NCBI GenBank assembly: GCA_963779225.1
Contig: CAVZWW010000003.1
Location: forward strand, 3,445,504-3,509,503
DNA: 64,000 bases
Reading direction: 5' to 3'
Source: an uncultured Bacteroidota bacterium
GTDB lineage: Bacteria; Bacteroidota; Ignavibacteria; UBA10030; UBA6906
Positions 37,639 through 49,057 of this stretch are shown here, one piece after another. Position numbers and translations under genes: made by a program. Position 1 is the first letter of the stretch. The number at the start of each line of letters is the position of its first letter. Under the pieces are notes generated by a model. That model was given only the letters and a program-made list of their open reading frames with translations. It was not told the origin of the DNA and did no database searches.

Positions 37639-40197
37639 CTACCGCCTCTTTTTTCCGCTTCCCCTGACCGGCCCTTTCGACCCCTTCCGCAGAACCTTCT
37701 TCACGGTCTTCCTGACCGGCTTCCTCGAACTCTTCTTCGCACGATCGCGAAGACTCTTCTTCACTGTTGTCTTTGCCGTTGCCTTTACTGCTTTCTTCGC
37801 GCGCTTCTTGCTTCCCTTCTCGGCTGCTTTCTTCACAACCCTCTTTACTGCCTTCCGCGCTGACTTCTTCGCCGCCCGCTTTTTCTTCGCAACTTTACGG
37901 GCGGCCTTGCCCTCCTCTGCCGCCTTAACACCTTTCCTGCTTCCCTGCGCAGCGATGAGATTCAACGCGCTCCCTGCGCGGAACCACCCGATCTGATTTT
38001 CGTTGTACGTGTGATTCAACAAACACTCTTCTGATAGGCCATCGGTATGCTTCAGGACCATCCGCAGCGGCTTGCCAGGAGTCAGTTCGGCCAGCCCGAG
38101 AAGAGAAATGCGATCGTCCTCCCGGATTTTATCGTAGTCCGATGGTTGCGCAAACGTCAGGGGCAACATCCCTTGCTTCTTCAGGTTGGTTTCGTGGATA
38201 CGGGCAAAACTCTTCACAATAATTGCGCGTCCGCCCAGCCACCGCGGCTCCATTGCGGCGTGTTCGCGGCTCGACCCTTCGCCGTAATTCTCATCGCCAA
38301 CCACCACCCAGCCGAGTCGCTGCGCTTTGTACTCCCGGGCAACGGCGGAAAACTCTTTCCGCTCCCCGGTCAGCACATTCGCGCCCGCTCCGGTTTCACC
38401 GGTAAAGGCATTGATCGCGCCGCTGAACATATTGTTGGAGATGTTGTCCAGATGGCCGCGGTATTTGAGCCACTTGCCCGCCGGAGAGATATGATCGGTT
38501 GTGCATTTGCCGCGTGCCTTCACCAGCACGGGCACGTCCGTGATATCCCCTCCATCCCATGCCGGGAATGCTTCAAGGGCCTGGAGCCGATCGCTCTTTG
38601 GATTGATGTCCACGGGGACTGCTGATCCATCGGCCGCCGGAGATACGTATCCGCTCTCTCCCGGTGTGAACCCCTTCCGGGGAAGCTCATCCCCCTGCGG
38701 AGGATTCAATTTCACCGCCACACCCTGTTCGTTCAATAACACATCGGTCTGCGGGTTGAATGTCAGTCTTCCCGCGAGGGCCAACGCTGTGACGATCTCC
38801 GGGCTGGCGACAAATGCATGTGTGTCAGGGTTGGCATCGTTGCGTCCCGCGAAATTCCGGTTGAACGAGGTAATGATGGAATTCCGGTCCCCTTTGCTGA
38901 CGTCGTGACGTCTCCACTGTCCGATGCACGGGCCGCAGGCATTGGCCAGCACAACCCCGCCGATTCCCGTCAGCACTTCGAGGTGGCCGTCCCGCTCGAT
39001 CGTTGCACGCACCTGTTCGGAACCCGGAGTGATGGTAAACTCCGACTTCGCACGCAGCCCATTCTCCCTGGCCTGTCGTGCGACGCTCGTCGCGCGCTCA
39101 ATGTCTTCATAGCTGGAGTTGGTGCAACTCCCGATTAACGCTACGCGGAGTTCCTCGGGGAAGTTGTTGCTCCTCACGGCAGCCGCAAACTCGGACAGTT
39201 TCCATGCGCGGTCCGGGGAAAACGGGCCGTTCACCATCGGTTCGAGTTCAGAGAGATTGATTTCGATCACCTGATCGTAGAACTCCGCGGGAGAGGATGC
39301 CACTTCAGGGTCTGCCCGGAGGTTTTGCGCGATCCCGTCGGCCAGTGCGGCGACTTCCGCGCGTCCGGTGCTGTTGAGGTACTTTGCCATCCGCTCGTCA
39401 TAGGGAAAAATGGACGTCGTTGCACCGATCTCGGCGCCCATATTGCAGATGGTCCCCTTTCCTGTCGCGGATATAGAGCTTGTCCCTTCTCCAAAATATT
39501 CCACAACCGCACCCGTCCCACCTTTCACGGTGAGGATACCGGCAAGTTTCAGAATCACATCCTTTGCACTCGTCCATCCACTCAGGGTGCCGGTAAGTTT
39601 CACGCCTATGATCTTCGGAAATTTCAGTTCCCATCCCATCCCCGCCATCACATCAACCGCGTCCGCTCCGCCGACACCGATTGCGATCATCCCGAGACCG
39701 CCTGCGTTCGGGGTATGGGAATCCGTCCCGATCATCATCGCTCCCGGAAAAGCATAGTTTTCCAGGACGACCTGATGGATAATGCCCGACCCCGGCTTCC
39801 AGAATCCGATCCCGTGCCGGGAGGAGACCCCGGCCAGGAAGTCGTACACTTCCTTGTTGTCGTCAATTGCCTGGGCGAGATCTCTTTCCGCACCCACCCG
39901 GGCTTGAATGAGATGGTCGCAGTGCACGGTAGACGGAACGGCAACGCGGGGAATACCTGCAGACATGAACTGCAGGAGCGCCATCTGGGCGGTCGCGTCC
40001 TGCATCGCCACCCGGTCGGGTGCAAATTCAAGATATGATTTGCCGCGAGTCGCAGGCTCCTTCAATGGCCGCCAGCAATGGGCATAGAGGATCTTTTCGG
40101 TGAGGGTCAACGGCCGGCCAACCATGCGTCTGGCAAATTTGACCCTGCCGGGGGTGCGGGCATATACCCGCTGGATAAGATCGAGATCAAAGACCAT
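37639..40197 (-). CDS. acnA: Aconitate hydratase (mitochondrial/Bacteroidota type) with a ~101-aa Lys/Arg/Ala-rich C-terminal extension
   Basis: [54 protein letters not shown] and [12 protein letters not shown], then the basic tail. Confidence 0.95.
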   Translation of the reverse strand: MVFDLDLIQRVYARTPGRVKFARRMVGRPLTLTEKILYAHCWRPLKEPATRGKSYLEFAPDRVAMQDATAQMALLQFMSAGIPRVAVPSTVHCDHLIQARVGAERDLAQAIDDNKEVYDFLAGVSSRHGIGFWKPGSGIIHQVVLENYAFPGAMMIGTDSHTPNAGGLGMIAIGVGGADAVDVMAGMGWELKFPKIIGVKLTGTLSGWTSAKDVILKLAGILTVKGGTGAVVEYFGEGTSSISATGKGTICNMGAEIGATTSIFPYDERMAKYLNSTGRAEVAALADGIAQNLRADPEVASSPAEFYDQVIEINLSELEPMVNGPFSPDRAWKLSEFAAAVRSNNFPEELRVALIGSCTNSSYEDIERATSVARQARENGLRAKSEFTITPGSEQVRATIERDGHLEVLTGIGGVVLANACGPCIGQWRRHDVSKGDRNSIITSFNRNFAGRNDANPDTHAFVASPEIVTALALAGRLTFNPQTDVLLNEQGVAVKLNPPQGDELPRKGFTPGESGYVSPAADGSAVPVDINPKSDRLQALEAFPAWDGGDITDVPVLVKARGKCTTDHISPAGKWLKYRGHLDNISNNMFSGAINAFTGETGAGANVLTGERKEFSAVAREYKAQRLGWVVVGDENYGEGSSREHAAMEPRWLGGRAIIVKSFARIHETNLKKQGMLPLTFAQPSDYDKIREDDRISLLGLAELTPGKPLRMVLKHTDGLSEECLLNHTYNENQIGWFRAGSALNLIAAQGSRKGVKAAEEGKAARKVAKKKRAAKKSARKAVKRVVKKAAEKGSKKRAKKAVKATAKTTVKKSLRDRAKKSSRKPVRKTVKKVLRKGSKGPVRGSGKKRR

Positions 40198-40403
40198 GGG
40201 AAGTGTACCTCCAGTGCTTGTGCGGAAAGAAAAAGATGGGCATAATATACGCAGAGCATCACACCGGTGCAAGTTGCCCGCGTGGGGGAATCGGCGTTTG
40301 ACGCGGATTGTCTGACCCGGTTTTCAGGCGATGCAACGGGCTGGGGATCGTTGCACAAATCCGTGTTTTTTGCTATTTTAGTTAATCTTAGCACATTTTG
40401 ACC

Positions 40404-40694
40404 ATGACGACAAACCCACAGGAACTCGGAGAGGTCGAGGAAGCGGTCGAGGACGAAGTCCAGACCCACGAACCGGCCAAAGTGATCCTGTTCAACGACG
40501 AAATCCATACGTTCGAGGATGTCATCGGACAGTTGATCAAGGCCATCCATTGCTCGCGCGCAAAAGGCGAAGCGCTGGCCTGGGAGGTCCACACCCGCGG
40601 GCGGGCAATGGTCTATGCGGGCGAGATGAGCCGCTGTATGCAGGTCAGCGGCATACTCGAAGAAATCCAACTGATGACGCAGATTGAGGTCTGA
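40404..40694 (+). CDS. clpS: ATP-dependent Clp protease adaptor
   Basis: [15 protein letters not shown]...[11 protein letters not shown]; TGA overlaps the alaS ATG. Confidence 0.9.
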   Translation: MTTNPQELGEVEEAVEDEVQTHEPAKVILFNDEIHTFEDVIGQLIKAIHCSRAKGEALAWEVHTRGRAMVYAGEMSRCMQVSGILEEIQLMTQIEV

Positions 40695-43444
40695 TGAAAG
40701 CCGACGAAATACGCCAGGGGTTCCTTGACTTCTTTGCCGTGCACGGACACCGGATTGTGCCCAGCGCACCGGTGATTCCCCATGGCGACCCCACCCTCTA
40801 CTTCACCAATGCGGGGATGAATCAGTTCAAGGATGTCTTCCTCGGCACGGGAACCCGCGAATACGTCCGCGCCGCGGACACGCAGAAATGCATCCGCGTC
40901 AGCGGCAAGCACAACGACCTCGAGGAAGTGGGACGCGACACCTATCACCACACCTTTTTTGAGATGCTGGGCAACTGGTCGTTCGGCGACTACTACAAGA
41001 AAGAGGCGATCGGGTGGGCCTGGGAGCTGCTCACCGGCGTGTGGGGACTCGACAAGACACGGCTGTATGCCACGGTATTCGAGACCGACAGCGAAGCCGA
41101 GGCCCTCTGGCGCAAGGAGACGGACATCAATCCCTCCCATATCCTCAGGTTCGGCAAGAAAGACAATTTCTGGGAGATGGGCGACACCGGACCCTGCGGT
41201 CCGTGCTCCGAGATCCATATCGATCTGACGCCGGACGGTTCGGGGGGCGGACTGGTGAATGCGGGCGATGCGCGGGTGATGGAAATCTGGAATCTGGTCT
41301 TCATCCAGAACAACCGCACTCAGAGTGGCGAGCTGGAACCCCTCCCCGCAAAACATGTCGACACGGGAATGGGATTTGAACGTCTCTGCGCGGTCTTGCA
41401 GGGAAAGCGTTCGAACTACGACATCGACGTGTTCACCCCGATTATCACCGCGATTGCAGCTAAAGACCGGCCGGCCGTACGAGGGGGACGCCTATCAGGT
41501 GGCCATGCGCGTCATCGCCGACCACATACGGATGCTCACCTTCGCCATCACGGACGGTGCGCTGCCCGGCAACGACGGGCGCGGGTACGTGCTCCGGCGC
41601 ATACTCCGCCGTGCAGCCCGGTTCGGCCGCACTCTGGAAATGCACGAGCCCTTCATCTACACCATCACCGACTCCGTGGTGGAGACAATGGGGAAGGTGT
41701 TTCCCGAAATCATCGACAAGCGGGATCATGTCAAGCAGGTCATCCGGAGCGAGGAGGAAAGCTTTGGCGTCACGCTCGACCGGGGTCTGGAGATTTTCTC
41801 CTCGGTGCTCGAACGAATGGGCACATCCAGGGTCTTCCCCGCCGACGATGCCTTCCGTTTGTATGACACCTACGGGTTCCCTTTCGACCTTACCCGGATG
41901 ATGGCCGACGAACGCGGACTTCAACTCGATGAAGCCACGTTCACCGTGCTGATGGACGAACAGAAGAAGCGCGCCCGCGATGCCAGCAAGATGGATCTCA
42001 CTGGCGACACGCGTGTAATCGCCCGACATATTGGAGAATTCCCGGACAGCCTCTTCGTCGGTTACGACACCGTCGAGACGGATGCCGTCGTGGCCAAGGT
42101 GCTGGATGGCAAGTTCCTTTCTCTCGACCGCACGCCGTTCTACGTCGCCTCCGGCGGTCAGGTTGACGATATAGGCCTTATCGAAGGCGACCGGTTCACC
42201 GCGGAGGTGATTGAGTCATTCAGGCAGGACAGGCGGATCGTTCACGAAGTCCGGTTCGTGCGCGGGACCCCCGCCGACGCCGCGTCAGCCCCGGTACATG
42301 TGTACGTTGACCGTCAACGGCGGACGGACATCCAGCGCAACCATTCCGCAACGCATCTGGTCCATGAGGCCCTGCGCCGCGTGCTCGGCGAGCATGTGCA
42401 TCAACAGGGATCGCTTGTCGCGCCTGACCGGCTCCGGTTTGATTTTCCCCACTTACGGAAAGATCACGCCCGAAGAGATCACCGCGATCGAAGAGATGGT
42501 CAACGGCAAAGATCACGGAGCAGATTCCGGTCCAGACCGAAGCCGACATCCCCATCGAATCGGCGAAGAAGATACCGAATGTGAAGATGTTCTTCGGCGA
42601 CAAGTACGGCGACATCGTCCGTGTCGTAATTATGGACCCACGGTACAGCGTGGAATTCTGCGGTGGCACACACGTACGAAACACCGGCGACATCGGGATG
42701 TTCAAGATCGTATCCGAAACAGGCATCGCAAGCGGGGTGCGGCGCATTGAAGCCATCACGGGCGAAGGGATCGGCCGCTATATACAGCATCAGGTCGATA
42801 AGGTTAAAGAAATCGACGACAGGCTTGCGCGGCTTATCGAGGAACATGAAACACTGAGGCGGGAAGTGGAGGGACGGACCGGCACCCTGCCGGCATTCAC
42901 GCGACCGGCATTGGGAACGGTCTCCCTTTCCCCATCCACCCCATCGCGCGATGCGCTGAAGGCGGTGGAGCATGCATACGGCGAAAGGGATCAAGCTGCG
43001 GCGGAAGTGACGCGGCTGAATCTTGATCTCAAGAAGATCCTGAGCAACGCCAATGTACGGGATGCGTCCTCCGCCCTCGACACACTCCTGCAGAAGGTTA
43101 CCACGGTATCGGGTGTGAACGTGGTTGCGGGAAGAGTCGACGCGACGGACATGGACGATCTGAAGCGTGTCGGTGATGCGCTTCGTGCAAAGCTGCAGAA
43201 CGGTGTGGGAGTGCTGGGGACGGTGATCGACGAAAAGGCCCAGCTGGTTTGCGTGGTCACGGACGATCTGGTCGCCGGCAAGAAGCTGAACGCAGGCAAA
43301 ATCGTCGGAGAGCTTGCGAAGGTTGTCGGGGGCGGAGGGGGTGGGCGTCCGCATATGGCCACCGCCGGAGGCAAGGATATCACCCGGCTGGACGAGGCAT
43401 TGGCGGAGCTGCCCGCACTGGTGAAACGGCTCCTGGGCAAGTAG
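40694..43444 (+). CDS. alaS: Alanine--tRNA ligase, split by three +1 insertions (probable sequencing errors)
   Basis: [49 protein letters not shown] and [13 protein letters not shown]. Extra bases at ~41463 (AAA), ~42453 (TT) and ~42509 (AAA). Confidence 0.96.
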
Positions 43445-43550
43445 GAGGGCGGAGCAGTCCGCACTGGTGGAACGGCTCCTGGGGAGATAGCACACGGGGT
43501 TGTCCGCGCTGGTGAAACGGCTCCTGGGAAAGTAGCTGGCGGAGCTGCGC
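43402..43550 (+). repeat. Tandem degenerate copies of the alaS 3' end (~45-bp period)
   Basis: GCACTGGTGAAACGGCTCCTGGG...TAG in units 43402-43444, 43445-43490 and 43491-43535, plus a partial fourth. Confidence 0.88.
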
Positions 43551-44090
43551 TCCTTGCGAGGCCCCTGGCCGGAGCATGGATGTTGGCCAGGCCCACGATC
43601 GTGCAACAGCTTATGCGGTAGCACGGGAGAGAAGGCTCCGATGCGAAAGGCTGGGCGGCTCTCGGGCACGCATAGCGAAATGGCTCGATGTGCAAGCCTA
43701 ACCGGCTCTCAGTCTGGTGGGAACACGAGAGAGCTTCAACATAGAGCGTGAAATACCTTCAACGGAAGAGATCAAACAACTGCCGGATAAGCAGTTGACG
43801 CGATGGTTTGAGGGTGCAATTTAAGCAATTCCCAGTCAAGTAGGTGCGCGCAAAGGCTTCATTTCAAGGCGCATATTGGTTTGATGTCAAGAGGCGCCCC
43901 TACCCACTTGAAGGATCTCCGTGCCCCTTTGCCAGGGGATGGCCTGCACATGGCAGCACGCGGTGCAATTGGGAGCACGCTCCCGGGTGCGCTGGCGAAA
44001 GCCAGCGGTGCGGAGCATCCATGATCTTGATCGATATATCAGCAGCATTTGTTCTGACGATTCACTTTGCATTGACCTCTCAGGAGCCCT

Positions 44091-44696
44091 ATGCCTCATC
44101 TCCCATTGACCGTCCTGGCCCGCCAGGCATTCATTCAGGACGAGCTTCACGCCAGCGCAGCCGTCAAAAAAGCCATCCTGGACCAGTGCACCGACAGGAT
44201 CATCAAGGCTGTCGATGTGATCATCAACGCCCTGAACAAAGGCGGCAAGATTCTCCTCTGCGGGAACGGTGGCAGCGCCGCCGACGCACAGCACCTTGCC
44301 ACCGAGCTGATCATCCGGATGGACCCGAAAATCAAACGCCCGGCCATCCCGGCCATCTCGCTTTCGACTGACAGTTCGATGCTTACCGCCGGAGCCAACG
44401 ACATCGGCTACGACAACGTCTTTGCGCGCGCCGTCGAGGGGCTCGGCAGGCCGGGGGACGTTTTGATCGGCATCAGCACCAGCGGCCAGTCCGCCAGCAT
44501 CAACAACGCACTTCAGACTGCGCGCACCGGAGGTCTGGCCACCATTGCCCTGCTGGGTAAAGACGGCGGCAAAACGAAGGATCTGGCCGATATCGCCATT
44601 ATCGTCCCCTCCCATGACACACAGCGCATCCAGGAAGGCCACATCACCATCGGTCACATCATCTGTTCATTGATCGAACGCGAAATGTACGCCTGA
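44091..44696 (+). CDS. gmhA: D-sedoheptulose-7-phosphate isomerase
   Basis: CGNGGSAADAQH, ANDIGYD.VFAR, ISTSG and RIQEGH. Confidence 0.93.
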   Translation: MPHLPLTVLARQAFIQDELHASAAVKKAILDQCTDRIIKAVDVIINALNKGGKILLCGNGGSAADAQHLATELIIRMDPKIKRPAIPAISLSTDSSMLTAGANDIGYDNVFARAVEGLGRPGDVLIGISTSGQSASINNALQTARTGGLATIALLGKDGGKTKDLADIAIIVPSHDTQRIQEGHITIGHIICSLIEREMYA

Positions 44697-44703
44697 TACA
44701 TAC

Positions 44704-46134
44704 ATGAGCACGTCAAAACGCGGCGATCTGCTGATCCCTTCCCTGCTGGTCCTCTGTGACGCTCTGGCCATCGAGGCCGCTTTCCTTCTTGCCTACTGGC
44801 TGCGGTTCCAGACGGCGGTCTTCGCCCCGTTCGGCTTTCTCGAAGCGGAATCTCCGCCTCTCAGCGGTTATTTCACAGGTTCCCTGTTTGTCATTGCCGC
44901 CTGGATTCTCCTCTTCAACGCGCGGAAGATGTACGGCGTTCGCCGGAACGTGAATCTCTCGGACGAGCTCGTCAATGTCGTCAAAGTGGTGAGCATGGGC
45001 ATGCTCATTGTGATGAGCGCGACATTCTTCTACCGCGACTTCTCGTATTCACGTATTGTCTTCGGATTGGTGTGGGGGTTCGCCTCATCGGGTATTTTCC
45101 TGGGACGGGCGTTTGTGCGGGCGCTTGAGCGGAGCCTCTACCGTCAGGGCCGCCACCTCCAGCAGGCGGTAATCGTTGGCAACGACGATCTCGCCGAACA
45201 GGTCTATACACGCCTCCACCTCCATCCTTCGTTCGGCTTTCAGATCGTGGGATATTTCGCCGGTGTTCCGGCTGACGCATCCCGGCGGCTGTCGCAGGCA
45301 TCGTACCTGGGATCTGTCGACGGCACACCGGACTACATCCGTACGCACGGGATCGATCTTGCGTTCATCGCCCTCCGCTCGAGCGACCACCCGCGTCTTT
45401 TCGATCTGATCAGCGAATGTGAGGGGATGAACATCGAATTCATGATGGTCCCCGATCTCCTGGATATCCTGACGAGCCAGGTCCGTGTGCGTGACCTCGA
45501 AGGGATTCCTTTCCTGCGGCTCAAGGGCATCCCGTTGACCACCTGGGGGAGGATCACAAAACGTGCGTTCGATGTCGCGGTGTCAGCGTTCATCCTTGCC
45601 GCGTCATTTCCCCTTCTCCTCCTCATTGCGCTTGCCGTCAGGCTGGATTCCCGGGGGCCTGTCCTTTTCCGGCAGAAGCGTGTCGGTCTCGACGGGCGGG
45701 AATTCACCATGTACAAGTTCCGCTCCATGGTGGCCGGCGCGGAGCGGTTCGACAGAGAGGCGGGACTCGGGATCCGTAATGATCCACGCCGCACGCCGGT
45801 GGGGCGATTCATCAGGCGGGTCAGCCTCGACGAACTTCCTCAGTTCTGGAATGTCCTTCGGGGCGACATGAGTCTCGTAGGACCCCGCCCCGAACGGGCG
45901 CATGTTGTGCAGGGGCTGGTCGGCACCGTTCCCAAGTACCTGGATCGCCACCGGGTTAAAACCGGTCTTACGGGTTGGGCGCAGGTAAACGGACTCCGCG
46001 GTGATACCTCTATCGAGGAGCGGACAAAATACGATCTCTACTACATCGAAAACTGGTCACTCGGATTCGATATCAGGATACTTCTCCGCACCGTGCGTGC
46101 CGCCCTTTTTGCTACGGAGCCCGTCCACCGATGA
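44704..46134 (+). CDS. Undecaprenyl-phosphate glucose phosphotransferase (WcaJ-type)
   Basis: N-terminal TM helices, KRAFD, YKFRSM, LDELPQ, GDMSLVGPRPE, GLTGWAQVNG and DLYYIENWS. Confidence 0.92.
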   Translation: MSTSKRGDLLIPSLLVLCDALAIEAAFLLAYWLRFQTAVFAPFGFLEAESPPLSGYFTGSLFVIAAWILLFNARKMYGVRRNVNLSDELVNVVKVVSMGMLIVMSATFFYRDFSYSRIVFGLVWGFASSGIFLGRAFVRALERSLYRQGRHLQQAVIVGNDDLAEQVYTRLHLHPSFGFQIVGYFAGVPADASRRLSQASYLGSVDGTPDYIRTHGIDLAFIALRSSDHPRLFDLISECEGMNIEFMMVPDLLDILTSQVRVRDLEGIPFLRLKGIPLTTWGRITKRAFDVAVSAFILAASFPLLLLIALAVRLDSRGPVLFRQKRVGLDGREFTMYKFRSMVAGAERFDREAGLGIRNDPRRTPVGRFIRRVSLDELPQFWNVLRGDMSLVGPRPERAHVVQGLVGTVPKYLDRHRVKTGLTGWAQVNGLRGDTSIEERTKYDLYYIENWSLGFDIRILLRTVRAALFATEPVHR

Positions 46135-46460
46135 TACCCCTGTTCGTGTTCTTCGTTCATGTCGTTGGGGTTGCGGCCATATTCACGAAACGGTGGCAGG
46201 AGGAGGGGCTTGCCGAGGGAATACTCGGCGTGGTCTTCGCGCTCTTGATCTTTTTTGTTGGTTGGAGCATGACCGCCTTCATTCTGAAGTTTGTCATGCA
46301 GCCTGAGGGGTTTGGCCGGTGGTTTGACCGTGACGCGGCGTCATTGCTGCTTCTCACGGTGGTAGAGGGGATCTTCTACTACTTCTACTTGCGGAATGAT
46401 CTGCCGGAGGAGGAACCTGCGGAACAGCGTGGCAACCGCGATCCATTCAATCCAGCTTGA
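46131..46460 (+). CDS. Hypothetical membrane protein
   Basis: Three hydrophobic segments; ATGA overlap with the upstream gene. Confidence 0.65.
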   Translation: MIPLFVFFVHVVGVAAIFTKRWQEEGLAEGILGVVFALLIFFVGWSMTAFILKFVMQPEGFGRWFDRDAASLLLLTVVEGIFYYFYLRNDLPEEEPAEQRGNRDPFNPA

Positions 46461-47244
46461 AGTTGAACGTCACCACACATTTCTGCTCCCGCTGGGGGAG
46501 CGTGCGTGGCAGTGGTTCGAACCTCCAGCGGCGCAGTTCACGCATAGCCGCCTCTTCGAGGCGGGCATTGGCTTTCTGCACGGGCTTTACGGATTTCACG
46601 GTGCCATTGGGTGCCACAACCGCTTCAATCCGGACCTGTGCCTGCACATTGGCGCCTGCGGGGTAACGGGGCAGATCCCCGCTGACTTTCTTCCGCTTTC
46701 CCCCTCCGGTCCACTGGACCGATCCGAAGAGCGCCTTGCCGATATCACTGGCCACCGTACCGACTCCGTTAAGAGAACCGGTGGGGCTCTTCCCTGTCGG
46801 TCGGCCTACGGCCAGCGCGCTTTCATCTTTCTTCCCGCTTATCCCGCCCTTCGCTTCCTTTTTTCCCACTCCGGATCCTGCCGTGCGTGCGGATGAAGTC
46901 GACCCTTCGCGTGCATCAATCTTCTTGGTGGGGGGCAGGCTGAAGACTTGATCGCGGCTCTGCGAAGAACGCTCCGGAAGTCGTACGCGGGAGGCCAGCG
47001 GGGAAGATTTTCCGGGTGCCCGGACGGGTTTTCCCTGGCGCGCAGCTGCGCGGGGAGAGACTTTTAACACCTTCTCCGGCAACGGCGCCGTGGGAGGAGG
47101 CAGTTTCACCAGCTCCACCTCCACCACATCCGTTATACCCGCTGTGCTCTCGATTCGCCAGAGGATGAGCACAAGCAGCGCGAGCAGATGCAGCACAGCA
47201 GTGCCGATCCAGGCATACATCTGATCACGACTGATCGATCGCAT
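46447..47244 (-). CDS. tonB: Energy transducer TonB
   Basis: N-terminal TM with LH motif, Pro-rich linker and C-terminal PRYP...RRWRFEP; follows exbD. Confidence 0.85.
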   Translation of the reverse strand: MRSISRDQMYAWIGTAVLHLLALLVLILWRIESTAGITDVVEVELVKLPPPTAPLPEKVLKVSPRAAARQGKPVRAPGKSSPLASRVRLPERSSQSRDQVFSLPPTKKIDAREGSTSSARTAGSGVGKKEAKGGISGKKDESALAVGRPTGKSPTGSLNGVGTVASDIGKALFGSVQWTGGGKRKKVSGDLPRYPAGANVQAQVRIEAVVAPNGTVKSVKPVQKANARLEEAAMRELRRWRFEPLPRTLPQREQKCVVTFNFKLD

Positions 47245-47247
47245 GGG

Positions 47248-47661
47248 TTATTTTGCCGGAGTCGTTACCGTCTCGGTGGCAATCATAAATCGAACCGCAC
47301 CTGCAGCCTTTGCAAGATCTATCACACGTACCGTGTTCTGCAAGGTCACGTCTTTGTCAGCACGTATCTGCACCACCCTGTCAGGAGCGTCCTTCAAAGC
47401 TGCAGCAACTTCCTGCTGCAGCCGTTCAAAGGAGGTCTCGGCCGAGTTCAGATACACCTTCCCCTGATTGGTCAGAGTAACCGTCACCACCTGCTCGGTC
47501 TTCTGTTCCCCCGTCTCCGCGCGCGGCAATTGCACCTTGATGCCCGGTTCGGCCATGAAGGATGAAGAAAGCAGAAAGAAGATCAGCAACAACATGACCA
47601 CGTCGGTAAGTGACGTATAGTTGAAGGTAGCCAGAAGTTCCTGTCGGGGTTTGAGCTGCAT
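47248..47661 (-). CDS. exbD: Biopolymer transporter ExbD/TolR
   Basis: LTDVVMLLLIFFLL and IRADKDV. Confidence 0.92.
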   Translation of the reverse strand: MQLKPRQELLATFNYTSLTDVVMLLLIFFLLSSSFMAEPGIKVQLPRAETGEQKTEQVVTVTLTNQGKVYLNSAETSFERLQQEVAAALKDAPDRVVQIRADKDVTLQNTVRVIDLAKAAGAVRFMIATETVTTPAK

Positions 47662-48375
47662 CTATTCTTTCCGCCGGAAGAATTCTTCGTCTGGGACCAC
47701 AGGCCGTGCGGCGCTTCTCGGTACTTCTCCGCCGCCGCCGGGAATCGGGGCAAGCGACGCCCCCGGCCCCTCATCCACCATGTCCAGGAACTCGTTTGTT
47801 GTCAATTCCATCTCGTGAACGAGCTGAAGGACGCGCGTCACGAAATAGTTGTAGAAGAGCAGTGCCGGGATGCCGATGGTCAATCCGAACGCCGTCGTGA
47901 GAAGCGCTTCCCAGATGCCGCCCGCGAGGGCTCCCGGCCCCACCATGCCGCTCTGCAGTTCGATGGTCCGGAAGGCATTGATCATCCCTGTGACCGTTCC
48001 AAGGAAACCCAGCATTGGAGCGATACCGCTGATGCTTGCAAGAATCGCCAGCCGCTTCTCAAGATGAAACACCTCTTCGCGTCCGGCGTTCTCCACAGCT
48101 TCCCTGACTTTGACTTCGCCCTCGCCATGCTTGAGGACGCCCCGTCGCACGATGTTTGCGATCGGGGCATCCTTCTGGCTGCAATAGGTCAGCACGGCGT
48201 TCACATCGCCGTGCCGGTAGATGCTTTTCAGCTTCAACAGGAACTGGCCTGCATCAAGGCGGGCACGGCGCAGGACGAAGAAGCGTTCGATCACCACGTA
48301 CGCTGCCAGCACAGAACAGAGGAGAATGGGCCACATGAGGACCCCTCCTCTGAACATCATGTCGTAAAGGCTCAT
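47662..48375 (-). CDS. exbB: MotA/TolQ/ExbB proton channel
   Basis: APMLGFLGTVTGMI and GGIWEALLTTAFGL. Confidence 0.93.
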   Translation of the reverse strand: MSLYDMMFRGGVLMWPILLCSVLAAYVVIERFFVLRRARLDAGQFLLKLKSIYRHGDVNAVLTYCSQKDAPIANIVRRGVLKHGEGEVKVREAVENAGREEVFHLEKRLAILASISGIAPMLGFLGTVTGMINAFRTIELQSGMVGPGALAGGIWEALLTTAFGLTIGIPALLFYNYFVTRVLQLVHEMELTTNEFLDMVDEGPGASLAPIPGGGGEVPRSAARPVVPDEEFFRRKE

Positions 48376-48391
48376 TGATTCTCCGGATAAA

Positions 48392-49015
48392 TCATCTGTT
48401 GCTTGGCGTGGCGACGTAGACTTTTTCTTCCGTCTGGATCTGCAAACGTCCGATCACCTCGCGGGCGTCCGCACGTGTAGCATAGCGACCGACGCGGACA
48501 CGATACCAGGTTTCCCCGTCCATTTTCCCCTGGTCCACGTATGCGTCAAAACCTCCCGGCCGTCAACAACGACGCCTGCTCATCCGCTTTAGCCTTGCTC
48601 TGCCAGGCGGAGAACTGGACGGTAAACCGGCCGTCACCGGTCGGGACAATGCCCGGTGTGGGACTTTCGAGCCCTTTCATGGCCGGAGCTTTCGTGTCGG
48701 GGGGAGTTCCGGGCAACGGAAGGGTTTCCACCGGAGCAGGCGTGGGCTCCGGGGTGGGGGCCATATCGGGTTCAGGGAAAGCTTCCACAACGACCGGAGC
48801 TTTCTTTCCCCAGAGGTGAATCACTTTGAAGTAATTCAGTGCAAACACACCGGCACCGATGACGGCAAGAATAAGAACGACAAGGACAACGGGTGATAAC
48901 CGTCCCCCCCGCCGCCACCGACCTCACGCAGGCCGGTAGGCATCGGGTTTCTGCCCGTTTCGGGCGCTCCACCGTCCGCACCTGTTTCCTCGTCACTGAG
49001 ATTTAAGCGTGGCAT
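48392..49015 (-). CDS. Membrane-anchored SPOR domain protein, two +1 frameshifts
   Basis: Removing one G at 48904-48910 and one at 48555-48557 gives TM (VVLVVLILAVIGAGVFAL), Pro-rich linker, FTVQFSAW...WYRVRVGRY. Confidence 0.8.
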
Positions 49016-49057
49016 TGTAGAACCTCCTCTATGGTTCAGTGAAAAGACATACAGCAT

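Noticed and set aside
40694-43444. Programmed frameshifting or pseudogenisation of alaS (also ftsK ~63163, SPOR ~48556/48907, S9 peptidase ~25377/25628)
   Set aside because: All are +1 insertions in 2-7 nt homopolymers, several in essential genes, with no slippery heptamer or stimulatory structure. The pattern fits long-read or pyrosequencing consensus errors.
43402-43550. CRISPR array
   Set aside because: The units are nearly contiguous with no unique spacers, derive from the alaS coding end, and no cas genes are present.
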